Of a stretch of DNA of 64,000 bases, positions 24,475-37,905 are shown in pieces (within the stretch, counting starts at the first letter, position 1; each line of letters starts with the position of its first letter). The notes beneath the pieces were generated by a model. That model searched no databases. It saw nothing but the letters and a program-made list of their open reading frames with translations, and was not told where the DNA came from. This DNA comes from Phallusia mammillata (lineage: Eukaryota), in contig OZ281494.1 in NCBI GenBank assembly GCA_965637545.1, forward strand, positions 6,634,001 through 6,698,000. The letters are read 5' to 3'. A program made the translations under genes and the position numbers.

Positions 24475-27286
24475 TTATCTAATTGAAGAAGTTTCGTGTT
24501 GTTGTCTGTTTGCAACAATAACATTTGATCCCAGCCCAGTGCTTCTTGTGTTATGCCAGTGTGAGGAAGCAGCGTCAGTTGTTTTACTCAAGAAAGGAAA
24601 GATTTTCACTCTGATTTCGTCATTCATGACGCAGTAGAGCACGAAAACGACGACTCCCTGCGATCCGTTCACCAAAGTGTGGATGTACATGGTGGCCGCA
24701 CTCGAAATCTTGTTTCCGAATCCTTCACACAAAAACGCACAATAAATAGGGTAATTTTTGGATTTTTTAAACCATTTGCCCCACCTGTGAAAAATGCCAA
24801 AATCCAAGTTCCACCGAGCATCAGAAAAATAAGGAAAAACGATTTTGCTGCTCTCAGTGTTTCCTTTGTTCCAGGATCTTCTCCTCTGTTTCGCATCTTC
24901 CTTGAATTGAAAATCACACAAGTCGTCTTCAGTATGATGAGTAAGTTGATGAAGAGGACGAGAGCAAGAGGAGCGATGACCGTGGAGTAGAAGACCGGAG
25001 TACCAGGAGCCAACCAGCATCTGTCATACCCGGGAGTGTTGTTACATTTTTCGTGTGATATTTTAGGTTTCATGTAAATGTTAAGTGGAAACCCAATGCT
25101 ACTAGCTACAGCCGCGATTAAAACTAAGACAATCCAACCGATGACCAGGAATATTTTCAGTCGTTTTGAAGGATTTTGTGCTCGAAATGTGTACAAGAAT
25201 GATGTGGCCATTAGAAGACGAATTCCTTCCACAAAAAGCCACATTCCTAAAACACAACAAGGTAGGAGCCACTTTCTATATGATTGAGCACTATCTTACC
25301 TAATGCTAGCAAACAGTAATGGTTGATCACTGTAATAATCATACATAGGAGCTTGTGCGTAACGAACAGATCATGTAGAATGTTGACAGCTTGGAGAAGC
25401 AGAAGAGAAATCGACAAGTTTATCTGTACAGGAATTCTGTCTCCATTGCTTTTGAATCGATTGAGGATTGCTATTGTTGCTATCAATGCTACGATGGATG
25501 CTGACTCCGTCATGTAGCTCGTGAACTAAATAAAATATACTTAATAACCTAAATTGGTAAATTTGTCATGAGAGTATTGCTAAAAAGTAGCATTTGCTTT
25601 AAATTAAAGTTTCTTGCATTTAAATTGCAGAGTTACAATGCGATTTCAACACAAAGTAAATATACGACTAACCTCAACGCCGGTTGGTATCACGATTGAT
25701 TCCACAGCCAAAAGTACGGTAAAAATACTAAGATGGTTGCACTTGCAAGTGACATGACCCGTTACGTCATCCGTCAGAGAATTTTCTTGCAACTTCATCG
25801 TAAAATAAACACTTTGGTTGAATTTTCTGTTCATGAGTTTGCCTGTGCTTTTATTTTGGTCGTCAATTTTTTGACAACTGGATTCTGTAAAGGTCTGAGG
25901 CATGACAAAGCTTACGTGCCCGGGTAATTGCTTATTTTCTGTAGCTTGATTAGACGATTCTATAAGCTCATCAGCATCCCATGCAACAACAACGATAAGG
26001 TTTGTGTTTTCCATGACCAGGTACCGGGTGGTCACGAGGGAGTCTAAATTTGCTGGACGAGTTTGTTCAATTATCTCCGCAACATCTATCTTGTCAACTA
26101 AAACAGCAGCAACGAGACGTAAAACGTTACTTGTTTCCAGTGTAAAGTTGATGTGAGATGATCCCAGTTCAAGGTTTGAGTTGAACGTATCATTATCAAT
26201 GTTGGTCACTATGATATGTAGCTGAGTATTTCCACGACTGTACGTGAATCCGTTTGAATCGAAATGATTTCGGGAAAAGTCCATGATTCGGTTTTCGATG
26301 TTTTCTAATTCTTCGTTATTGGTCAGATTCAACTTTGTCAAACCGGGTGGCACTAAACATTGCAATAAATATTTGGCAACTGGTGCAATGACAACCGACA
26401 AATGAAGCCAGTTTATATAGTAAGTTTAAATAATCATAAAACATTATAACCAACAAAGACTTACATTTGCAAGATAGCACGAAAAGTTCATTTGGACGTA
26501 TTTGATTTGGTTGCAGTGACTAATCAAATTCTGAAATTGTAGGAAACACTGAGGTTGTTCTCACATTGACTTTTTATTGTATTTTCAGCTTGAGATATAT
26601 TGCAGATTGTCGTGCAAAAACCGGTTAACATACAGACCCTATTGATAAATACAAACATCTCTTAAGTTACTATGTGTTGATTACTGATAGGAATAAAATC
26701 ATTGAATCATAACTCATGTAAACAAATCTCACTTACTTTGAAGAGTTTGATGCTGATATGAAAAGAACAGATTTAAATCGAAGTAGATTGTTGTTGGCGC
26801 ATTTTATGTCAATTCCACTTCCCCTACGAACTAAAAAAGCAATCTCTGGCATGCGAAGTAATTTTAGTTCTAACTTATGTCTTTAAAACGGCACTTATCT
26901 ATGCATTGCTTGTAAGCTTAGGTTTTGTATCGCTGACAATCGGATAAGTGTTGGGTGGCATTTAACTGACCTTGAAAAAAAAAACAAATTGAAGTAAACT
27001 AAAACAAAAACTGTTGTCCATCACTAAACCAAAGTTTCGACACACAATGACGAATCCGCCTTCGCGCTTACTGCTGCTTATCGCAACAAAAGAAGTAATT
27101 TTGTTCCATACTTACAGTAACTAATACATATTAACTTGGTTAAGCGTCAATCAACAAGAATTGCCAAGTTTACAGCTACACAATGCTGTTTTGGATATTC
27201 CGATAAATTTCAATCTTACCGTCATTGCAATATAAAACCAGGAGAAACATTGACGCTAATATATACTTGGAGAATACTCTCTTCAT
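24475..27286 (-). pseudogene. aGPCR-2: adhesion GPCR with SUEL/rhamnose-binding-lectin-like domain; frameshifted ectodomain, open 7TM
   Basis: Signal exon 27220-27286 (MKRVFSKYILASMFLLVLYCND); SUEL-like exons 26737-26830 and 26465-26638 (CEN.PQC...SHCNQIKYVQMNFSC, -1 near 26555); GAIN exon 25673-about 26352 (CKCNHLSIF); 7TM exons 25300-25525, 24785-25246, 24475-24722 (VNGSQGVVVFVLYC). Confidence 0.7.
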
Positions 27287-27738
27287 ATTGTGTCCAAATA
27301 TGTTACAAACTTTAAAATAGAATAACCCTAACAACACGAAACTTTGCTTAGATGTGCAAGTAATATCCTAATGAGAATACACATACGAGTTATGCATCGA
27401 AACCATGTATGTTCACATACTAAGTCGCACAGAACAAATCAGAAATAAATAAAACAACTGTTTATAAAGCATCAGAAAGCGCTGCGTTTGTTTACCCTGA
27501 GGTTTATTGAACACATATCAAATATTTTTACAGGTCCATTAGTGTGTCATGTAAAGTTATCACAACAGCAAAATGTGTTGACCGTAGAATGGTCCAGATG
27601 GAACAACATCCGTTATCGGGCATACAAAGGAGAAGTAAACAAAGTTAAATGAATTTTCCCAGAAAAACTGCGCAGTTTTACAGTAGCGATAGAAACCGGG
27701 TGAAACCGATATAGAGTCAATAAAAGCGTATATTAAAC

Positions 27739-30737
27739 TTATGTACAAAAAGGATTCACAATGCAATAAAGCAGAAATACGACCAATCCTTGAGAACCAT
27801 TTATCAAGCTGTTGATGTACATAAGTACCTTGTTTGACAAATCATTTCCCAAACCTGAAGAAAAAAGCAAAACGTGGTTATAACTAGTAACCCTGGGACC
27901 TGGGTGATTTTAAAAATATCTTTATGTGACATACTTGTAAAGAAAGCAACGCTCCACGTTCCCCCAAACATCACCAACATGAGAAGGATTGACTTTGCTG
28001 CTCTGATTCCATTTTCCCCACTACGATCTTCACCTCTGTTCTGCAGCCCTTTCATATTGATCAACACGTTGGTCGTTTTTATGATGATCATAAAGTCTAT
28101 GAAGAGGACGAGAGCAAAAGGGAAGACAACTGTCGCATGGAAGATCGCAGTATTCGGAGCCAACCAGCATCTGTCGTACTTGGGAATCGGCGAAGATTGG
28201 TTTCGATAGTTGTGGCAATTTTCGTACAATGGTTGGGCCTTCATGTAGATGCCATGTGAAAATCCGAAGGTCACAGCTATGACCACTATAAAAGCGGGAA
28301 CGATCCAACCGATAACCTTAAAGATTTCAAGACGTCTTTTCGGATCTTGGGCTTCAAAAGTATATGGAAAGGAAGTTGCCATCAGGAGGCGCATTCCTTC
28401 AAATAGAAACCACATTCCTGAAAACATCATAAATGTTTAGTAAAAGGAAATAAAATGCACTTTGTGTAAGCTTACCAACACAAAGTAGGAAGTAATGAAT
28501 GACAATAGTGAATATCACACATGGGATCTCATGCATGACCGCAAGATCGTGCGTCATGTTGATGACATGAAGGAACAGAAGAGCAAATGATAAGTGGATT
28601 TGAACCCGAGGTATGTCATCTTGTTTGTATTTGAACAGGGTTGCTATTGTAACCAACATGAAGACGATGGAAATTGATTGTGTGAAGTAGGATGTGACCT
28701 GAGAATATGATAAGAGATTATTTACAACAATAAATGTTTCAGCTAATCGCCACGACTTATTTCTACCTTAACCCCTTCCGGTATTTCGAGGGTTTCTACA
28801 GCTAGGAGGACTGTGAAAATGCTGAGTTGGTTACACTTGCAAGTGACAACCTTCGATAAGTCGGCAGCATTTGTAACACAACCAATATCTGAGTACTTTT
28901 TTGTAACTTCATCCAGAAATAGACAAATTGGCTGAAATTTTCTGATCGCATTCTTATTTATGTTAGTCGTTTCCTTTTCTATCTGCTTGCATTGCGATTC
29001 TGTTGAACTCAGTGGTACAACGAAGCTGGTTTTGCCTTGAAGTTGGTTCATTCTGGAAGTGTAATTCGGAAGGAAGCTCTGGGCATCCCAACCAATAATA
29101 ACAATCAAGGTTGTGATTTCAGGGGCAAGGTATTGTATTGTCACAAGGGAACCCGGATTAGCTGATTGAGTTTGTTCAATTATATTCGCTTTATCTAACG
29201 TGTGCACTAAGACAGAAGCAACCATTCGTGAAACGCTGCTTGTTTCCAGTGTAAAATTGATGTGAGACGATCCCAGCTTAAGGGATGAATTGTACAACCT
29301 CTGATGAAGATTGATAACCACGATATGCAAATGTGCGTCTCCATACTCGTAGATTGTCCCGTTTGTTAGTGGATGATTTCGAAAAACACTCTCAATATTG
29401 GTTTCTATATTTTGAAATTCTGCTCCTCCATTCGGTTTGAGATTCAGTAATTGAAGTACATATGATTTATCTGCAAAACGACGATGTTGCGATTCTTGGT
29501 TCGTAAAATTTTGTAAAATGATTAAACAAAACAATTTTTCTTCTTGGAACAGATTAAATTATATTGGCTTGTAAGTTATGTTTGCAAAAATTTACAGAAA
29601 ACTTACGTTTTGGAACAGAGCAAGTGAAGTTGATGTCAATGTATTTATTTACACCAGGACACGATTTTCCGAGTTCCCCATCGAAGCGACCAAAGCAATG
29701 AGGTTTGTCTTGACACAAACTAATGATTTTCATGCTGTTGAATTTGTTGGTGACTCCAACAGGTCTAGTGCCGTTGATTTCTTTTTTTGATTTGCATAAC
29801 CTGCAACAAATTAAAAAAATAATTTTGTCTTTTCAGTCAGGAGTGAAAGTTATGCGTCAAATTAATTTACCTAAAGGAGTGAAAATTAAACGTCCAACTA
29901 TACTAAAGTAAAATCTACTCCTTAAGCATTTTAAAGATCATTGATAGCAAACTAACTTACTGTGATGATGATTGGATTCGTTCATAAGAAGCCGATATTA
30001 CTTGTATAATTTTCCTGAAGGGCAAGTGATATTTATTGAATGACCTCCACAAACTGAAAATACAAGTTAAGTGAGTTCAAACGGTTTGTACATTTTAGGT
30101 TTTGCCATTTGTTTTACCCGTGCATCTTCTGTAACCCATTTGCTTCCAGCACTTAGGTGTGAGAGGTTGAGCTAGAAATAATAATAATTTCCATCAAATG
30201 CTGGTCAATGTAAAAAAGGATTAATGAAAGAGAAAATATCTAGGATCAATTTTACAGTTGGGTATAAGTATTACGTTTGGCAATTAGGTGTTTGATATCA
30301 AGGGTTCGATGAGGTAGGACCAAGAAAGGTAATAAAACAAAAGAAAATCGTAGAAAACTAATATCCTAATACTTAATAAAATAGTAATTTTTAAAAAGAG
30401 TAAACTTTAAAACATGTGAACGTGTTGTAAATTTTTAATAGCAACTTTGTGCTTTTTGAGTATTGTGATTCTATATATTCTTAGCCAAAGGTGAATTAAA
30501 ACTTATAAATAGCAGATGTGATTTTGCAAGAAGTAAACAAATAACCCATGACAATAGGCTCGACTTACGCAAAGGGAATAAGTCTGACATAAAAAAGAAA
30601 CTTACATTTGTTAACATAACACGTCATGTTGATATCGATGTATCGAAAATCATTGTAACAGTGTCTGGTGAGGTTCCGGAAACTAACCGGAAAAGACGAA
30701 CACGAATACAAAAACTTCGAACCCACAAATCCAATCC
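27739..30737 (-). CDS. aGPCR-3: adhesion GPCR with SUEL-type lectin domain(s), non-consensus GPS; one -1 frameshift
   Basis: Exons 30606-30737, 30118-30171, 29961-30053 (CGGHSINITCPSGK..IQVISASYER, -1 at 30010-30013), 29607-29800 (CQDKPHC...SCPGVNKYIDINFTC), GAIN 28767-29470 (CKCNQLSIF), 7TM 28476-28698, 27935-28417, 27739-27854. 5' end probably lies beyond the LTR element. Confidence 0.75.
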
Positions 30738-30758
30738 CTACATATGAAATAATAACAT

Positions 30759-31708
30759 TGTAGCGCTGTTTGTTTGCGCGAGTTCAAATATCGAATGAAC
30801 ACAAGACAGAAAGGGCGAGACAAAACACGTTGCAAATAGAAAAAGGCACGTGACGTATTGTGCGGTTCGGTTACGCGTGACTGGTTAACGCAGTTGGGGA
30901 AAACACCCAGTTGTCGCCACACAGCCCCCCTCCAGAATCGTACAATGCGCGACAATAATGATTGCAATGGTTGACGTCTGGTCGCATTCTCGCGAAGGCA
31001 TTGCATGCGTTTTTCTTCGGGGGCCGTCCTCTTCTTGGAGGTTGTGCAACCTGAACAGGCATAGTTAAATCGACCTGTGCTGGTTTGAGTCTGTCAACCG
31101 AAACGGTTTGTGGTCGCCCACCCAAATCCACTATGAAAGACTTCGCGCCGGTCTCAATGACTTTGTAGGGACCCTCATATGGCGGCGTTAATGGCGGTCG
31201 ATGGGAATCTTTCCTGATAAACACAAACTTTGTTGTTGACAAATTAGCTGGAATAGCTGACTTTTTAAGATCATGGCGGGACATGCGGATCGGAGCCTGC
31301 TTTAAAATGGTGTCTTCTAGAGTAGGGAGAAGTGTTGCTAAATCCGACGAAGGAATCTTCAGTGCAACGATGTCTCCCCATATCCGTATCGGCGCACCAT
31401 ATACAAGCTGAGCGGACGATGCTTATAAATCTTCTTTAGGTATGGTTCTAATTCCTAGAAGTATCCACGGTAACTCATCAATCCAATTCGAACTGCTCAT
31501 ACAGGCCATGAGAGCACTTTTTAAGTGTCTATGAAACGTCGGGGTCACCACTGCAGCGCTGTTTATTTGCGCGAGTTCAAGTATCGAATGAACACAAGAC
31601 AGAAAGGGCGAGACAAAACACGTTGCAAATAGAAAAAGGCACGTGACGTATTGTGCTGTTCGGTTACGCGTGACTGGTTAACGCAGTTGGGGAAAACACC
31701 CAGTTGTC
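30759..31708 (-). mobile_element. Internally deleted Gypsy LTR retrotransposon (LTR-PBS-integrase tail-PPT-LTR)
   Basis: Two near-identical LTRs of about 160 bp (30759-30923, 31552-31708), PBS TGGTGACCCCGACGT at 31536-31550, PPT GGAGGGGGGC at 30924-30933, integrase C-terminus (FHRHLKSAL..WIDELPWILLGIR..PYEGPYKV..VSVDRLKPA). Confidence 0.92.
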
Positions 31709-32649
31709 AATTTAATTTAATCTTTTCTCTACTACTTTGTTTTTTGTTACTGCCTTCATCAATTAACGTACTTAAATGATTGAAGTTTTTGACAGCTGTT
31801 TGTGCAATTAGCGTTAACCGAAAATTGATTGGAAGACCAAAACTCCATGTTAGAGCACAACAAAAGTGTGTAAATGTGATTGCTCATGTTATGAATTATT
31901 ACCAGTAAAATAAACTTTTAAGAGTTGTATTCGAGATAGTGTTTCTACTTTGTTTTAAAAAACACATAACAACTGTATAAACAGTGGCGTGTGACTTTAC
32001 CTGGACCAACAATCTATATCGACAGTATGTATATTCGACCTGTTACACTTTACCACATACCTGTGTTGCGAGTGATATCACTACTTTATTTATTGCACTG
32101 TTTTGTCACTCGTTTTGTTTGTTGTTTTGTCACTTATGTTGTTCGTTTCATCCTTTTTCGGTTGATTGCACAGTTGTTTACTGCCTTTGTTTGTTGCTAA
32201 TAATTTCACCTTTATTTATTTATTCACTATGTCAGCAGTAATTTTGTTTGTTACTTCCACTCTGTCACTGTATGTTTTTTACCTTTGTTTTCGTTGTTAC
32301 GTAAGCTTCCCAACCTACTTTGAATTTAATAGTTTTCTATAATAGTCTTGTATTATTTGCATTTCGAACGCAACCCGCCGCGCTGATTCGGCATTCCTAT
32401 TGTAGCTCGTATTTTCCCCGAGTGTGGCTCCTTAACGTGAGGGCGGGGCAACTGTAGTTCGGTAGACTTGGTTGGTCGGCCTTAGAAGAACGTGTTTTTT
32501 TACTTGGAGAAATTGTAGTACCGATTTGTCTGTTTTTCTTATCGTATTTGTAAGTGTAACGTTAGCCCATTTGTGGTGTCGTGCACCGTGCGTATTTTAG
32601 TCCGCTTTTATTACTATTTTAGTCCGCTTTTATTGGAATTATGAAAATC

Positions 32650-34370
32650 TGCGGCTAGCTTCCAGCGCCTTATGCGCATTGTTTTAGTTGGCGTCGAGTG
32701 GAAAGGAGCTTTGGCCTACTTGAACGATGTTGTTGTGTACTCATGTACATTTGATGAACACCTGACACGGCTTGAAACGGTGCTAGGCTGCCTTATAAAA
32801 TCTGGCCTAACTTTAAAACCTTCAAAATGATCGCTACTACGAAAAATGGTTAGTTTTTTGGGGCACATCGTGTCGGAAGAGGGAATAGCGTGTGAAGCTA
32901 GTAAGGTCGAATCAGTTCGCTCGTGTCCCACTCCGAAGAACGTACGTAACATACGACAGTTTGTAGCGTTGGCGTCAAACTACTGACGATTTTTTGAACG
33001 TTATTTTCAGATTGCCGCACTACTTCACAGGTCAAAGGAAAAGGGTGTAAAGTTCCAATGGACTGATAAAGAACAGGACGCCTTTGTGGAGTTGAGGAAC
33101 CGACTGACGACTGCTCCTATCCTGCAGCACCCGGATTTTTATAGAAGCTTCGTCCTTGATACAGACCCACCAGATACGGTGGTAGGGTACGTTCTTGCCC
33201 AAATTGTTGATGATAAAGAGTGTGCAATCGCATATGTAAGCAGGGCGCTATCTAAAGCTGAACGCAATTATTCCACGACACGCAAGGAACTGCTGCCGGT
33301 AGTTTATGCGTTTAAACTGTATCGTTGCTACCTATTAGGACGTAGATTCTTGCTTCGAACAGATCATTCATCCCTCCGCTGGCTATGGAAGTCGCGTGAA
33401 CTTTATGGACAGTGTGCCAGATGGACAGAGAAACTGGCGGAGTACGACTTCGAACTTGTACATCGCTTAGGAAAACAACATGCCAACGCTGATGCCTTAA
33501 GCCGTGTGAAGTGTGCTGACGAAGGCGACCTCACGCCTTTTTCAATTAACTTCGACTATAACAAAGTCACTGGATACGCAGGTACTGCTAATGTTTTCGA
33601 TTTTCGGAAAACAGTGGGTTGGCCGGTACAAACTATAGCGGAAGCCCAACAGGCAGATCCTGAAATTGCTGCAGTGTTTGAGTGGCTAGACGCAGGAAAG
33701 CGGCTGCCTTGTCGCGGGATTAAACGACTTTCCTCGATGACACGGTACCTTTGGGGCCAGTTTGGTAAACTTGCATTTAGTGAAGGGGTTGTTTATTATC
33801 GAAGTGATAACCCTAATCAACCAGGAGTTGACATTACCCCTTTACTTACTCCCCAATCTATGCGCCATGATGTGATCACCGCATTACACAACTGCCCACA
33901 TGGGAGAGGACATTTGGGGATTGCAAAAACTGAGTCTAAAGTTATGGAAAGGCATTATTGGTCGGGGTGGCGCACTGACGTAGAAACATTAGTTAGGAGT
34001 TGCTTGGTGTATGAACAAAGCAAGAAGTTTTGTGTTAAACGAGCACCTTTAGTGCCATCAGATGAAATGGGCCATGTGCAACGGGTAGAAATAGATGTCC
34101 TCGGTCCTTTGCCACAGTCCATAAATGGCAACGTGTTTGTTCTAGTGGCTTGTGATATATTTACCAAATACGTGCGCGTATGGCTTCTCGAAGTCAGAAT
34201 GCACCCGAAGTTGCCAGTTTGTTGTTTCATAGGTGGTTCACAGTCCATGGCGTGCCTGGCGTCCTCCATTCTGATCGAGGCACAAATTTCGAGTCCAAAC
34301 TAATCGCAAAACTATCGCGGATAATGGGTTGTCGACCCGAACAAACTCTTACCACCCCGAGGGTAATGGG
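32650..34370 (+). mobile_element. Degenerate Gypsy pol fragment (RT end, RNase H, zinc finger, integrase)
   Basis: LAYLNDVVVYS (YLDD decayed), SRALSKAERNYSTTRKELL, RTDHSSLRWL, HANADALSR, GHLGIAKT, IDVLGPLP, HSDRGTNFES; stops and frameshifts present. Confidence 0.92.
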
Positions 34371-35941
34371 TAATTTGACTCTATATATTGGGTTGTAATT
34401 TGTTTCTCGCAGTGCATTAGTTTATTACAGTTGTGTCAGAGTCTACCATATATACGTTTATCAAATAAGAACACGCCACACACATTTATTGCAATATTGC
34501 ATACAAAACAACTCAGCATTGATATAACATTTCAACGAAACAAATAGCAGGCGCAACGTAATGACAACCATGCATGTTATACCAAATTCCAGGATTTTAA
34601 TGTTAAACCTAAGGAAGACAAAATGTTTTCTTGTGACGTGCGAATTCTTGTGACCTGGTTTAATAACAAAACGAAATGAATGCACAAACACGAAGGCATT
34701 GCTATAGATTAAAAGCGTAATTTGAAGGACAAAAATGCATCAATAATGTAAAGTGCGTAAGTGTGTTAATAATTTAGGAGATAGTAATGTAATTACCTAA
34801 AGCAATTTTACTTATAGTTGTGGATTCTAACCTCTTTTCGTCATTTAAGTGGTTAGACAATCTACCTTTAGGTTAAAGGCACAAACATTGTGTATTGCAA
34901 ATTTGCTTGTCATTCATAAAACCATTGAATATTCCAGAACGTTGCAAACACGATGTGATTATGAGTGGTTTGTCACACAGTTAGTTACCATGTCAAAAAA
35001 ATACCCTTGTCATGCACTTATTTTAGACACACTTTACCTGAGCCAAATATAAAATTACACAAAGAAAAAGAATTTCAAAACGAATACAATACACAATAAA
35101 CAACCAAACAAGAAATTAGTAATTGATATTATTAAAGTTAGTTGATGATTATTTTAATAACACCCGTCACTATTTATTTTAACGTTACATACAAATTTGC
35201 AATAACATAAGATTACTATTGTCACAACACAACATTGTAGGAGCAACGAAATGACAATCATTTTATTTGTTTCATGTTAGCAGCTTTCGGAATTTTGACG
35301 TTAACTGGTGCCATTAACATTTTAATTAGAGGAAAACATGTAAGATGGTGACGTGTGAATAAAACGGACAAATAACACACAATTATACATAAACGAATGC
35401 ATTGGAATAAGTGAATGCTAGAGGATTGTAACAATTACTACCGGAACAATTATGTATGGTGCGAATTATTGTGTTGCCAGGTCAAAGAAGTTTATAGACT
35501 CATAAGCACAGGAAAAACGTAGAGAACACACCCACAAAAAGTTAAAACTTAAAAAACTGTTGTGTGATTATAGCAAAAAAAGCACGATTTAACAGTAACG
35601 AAATAGAAAATATGTCAGCCAAAATTTGAAAGACAAACTTGTAACGATTTCAAACACACATACTACATTGAAACAATTTAAAAAGAAGCTGCTGCCTCGC
35701 GGTTTGCTATATGTGCAACCTATGGCAGCGGATAAACACAAAACAATTTTAGCTTGAAAGACTGGCAACAAACCAAAAACACATATGCTTCATTTTACTA
35801 AAATGTGTTTGATTCCTTTAAATCATTTTGTGTAATATCCACTTTTAGACCACTTTGACCACACGCGAAATAAGTAGTTTTGCAGAGAGCCGACGATAAG
35901 GTAACGCAAAACAGACGCTGTAAATACTTAACTGCAAGTAT

Positions 35942-37905
35942 TTAAACATCTAAATTTGAGTCTTTACCTTCTTCTTCACTTAAAATTTGACAGCTTTTCT
36001 CGTTTGAACTTTCACATTGGAGCTCGATTGAACTTTCACCTTCTACCGGGTTTGAACTTTCACCTCCTACCGGGTTTGAACTTTCACCTCCTTCTGGATT
36101 TGCCACGTTCTCCTGCAGCTCAGCTCCGACATCAGCTTTACCCTTGCATGAAAAAAATTCCGGTCTGAGATCGCCATCCATGACGCAGTACAACAGGAAG
36201 ACGAACATTCCCTGCGATCCGTTCACCAAGTTGTGGATGTACATGAACACCTCGTTCGAAATATTGTTTCCAATGCCTGTAAGAAAGAATTTTTGTTAAA
36301 CAAATAGCACAAACAACGCAGGTACATTGATATAAATAATGAAGAACGAAAAAGTTCACACACACAAACATCACCTGTAAAGAAAGCAAAAACCCAAGTT
36401 CCACCCAGCATAAAAAAGAGACAGATGAAACACCTTGCTGCTCTCAACGCGTCGTCTGTCACTGGGTGTTCACCTCTGTTTCTTATCACCTTTCTTAGCA
36501 TCACATGTGTCGTCTTCAGGACAATCATGAAGTTGATGAGAAGGACGAGAGCAAGAGGAGAGACCACCGTTGTGTAGAAGATCGGAGTACCAGGTGCCAA
36601 CCAGCATCTGTCATACTTGAGAATCGGAATGAATTCGTTACATTGCTTGAACAATGGTTGGGATTTCATGTAGATACCGAGGGGAAACCCCACAGCCATA
36701 GACAAACCCGCTATGAAAGCAGGAACAACCCAACCAATCAGCCTGAATATCTTGAGACGGTTTGATGAATTCTGGTTGTGAAACTTAAATGGAAACGAAG
36801 TTGCCATGAAGAGACGAATTCCCTCGACCAGGAACCACATTTCTGAAGAAAAAAACGGTTGGATATCTTGCAATAACGTTTCATGTTCTGTTACATCATC
36901 TTGTTTCTTTAATCACCTGAACACAGCAGCAGATAGTGATTGGCTGCTGTGTGCATCACACAAGTAACCTCATTCAAGACGGCAAGATCATGTGATATGT
37001 TGATAACATGGAAAAGTAGGAGAGCCAGTGACAAATTGATTTGAACAGGAACCCGATCTCTGTTGTGTTTCGATTTGTAGAGGATTATTATGGTGGCAAA
37101 AAGAAATATGATGGATGCTGATTTTGTCGTATAAGATGCGACCTAAATGAAAAACGTGACTTACTTGGTTGTGTTTAATTTTACAGTGACCTGCTTACCG
37201 TGACGCCCTTTGGTATTTTGATGGATTCGACAGCAAGTAGAACAGTGAAAAGGGTAAGATGATTACACTTGCAAGTGACGTTGCCTGTTAGGTTATCTGT
37301 ACTTGTGACGCAACCACGATCGGAGTAGTTTCTTTTCACTTTATCGAAAAAGAGACATAACGGTTCCATTCGGTTGATCATAAGAGTTCCTGTGATTTTC
37401 TTTTCGGCACCGATCTTCTTACAAACAGATTCCGGTGAAATTGAAGGGACGAAGAAGCTTGCATTTCCTGGCAGTGAATGGTTATGTTTATCAGTAGTGG
37501 TTCGTCTGCGGCTTGAACCCAAAAGGCGATCGGCATCCCAACCAACAATACCAATGTATGGTGTGTTCACCGTAGCTATGTATCGCGTTGTTGCCAGGGA
37601 ACTTGCTTCGATTAGTTGAGTCTGGGCAGTTTCTGTTGTGTTAATGCGAAAGACAAGCACAGCAGTTACGAGACGACTAATCTCATTGGTTTGTAGCGTG
37701 AAGTCGATGTGAGTTGATCCAAGCTTAAGGTTTGAATTGTATTCACTATGATTCTGTTTGACAAGTTCAATGTGCAGTTGGGAGCTACCGTAATTCGCCG
37801 AGATATTCTTTCCTCCCGATACTTTTCTTTGCAGGAAGCTTTCGATCTCCTCCAAATCGTCAGCAGATGCTGGATTAAGATTTGCAACTTGGTCAACCAA
37901 AGAAT
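35942..37905 (-). CDS. aGPCR-4: GAIN/GPS + 7TM core, open frame, acidic Ser-rich C-tail
   Basis: Exons 37199-37905 (CKCNHLTLFTVLL), 36917-37142, 36375-36842, 35942-36276 splice in frame. Ectodomain exons probably extend to an ATG at 40647. Confidence 0.88.

Noticed and set aside
31984-32600. Possible LTR of the Gypsy relic at 32.65 kb
   Set aside because: No second LTR, clear PBS or TSD found.
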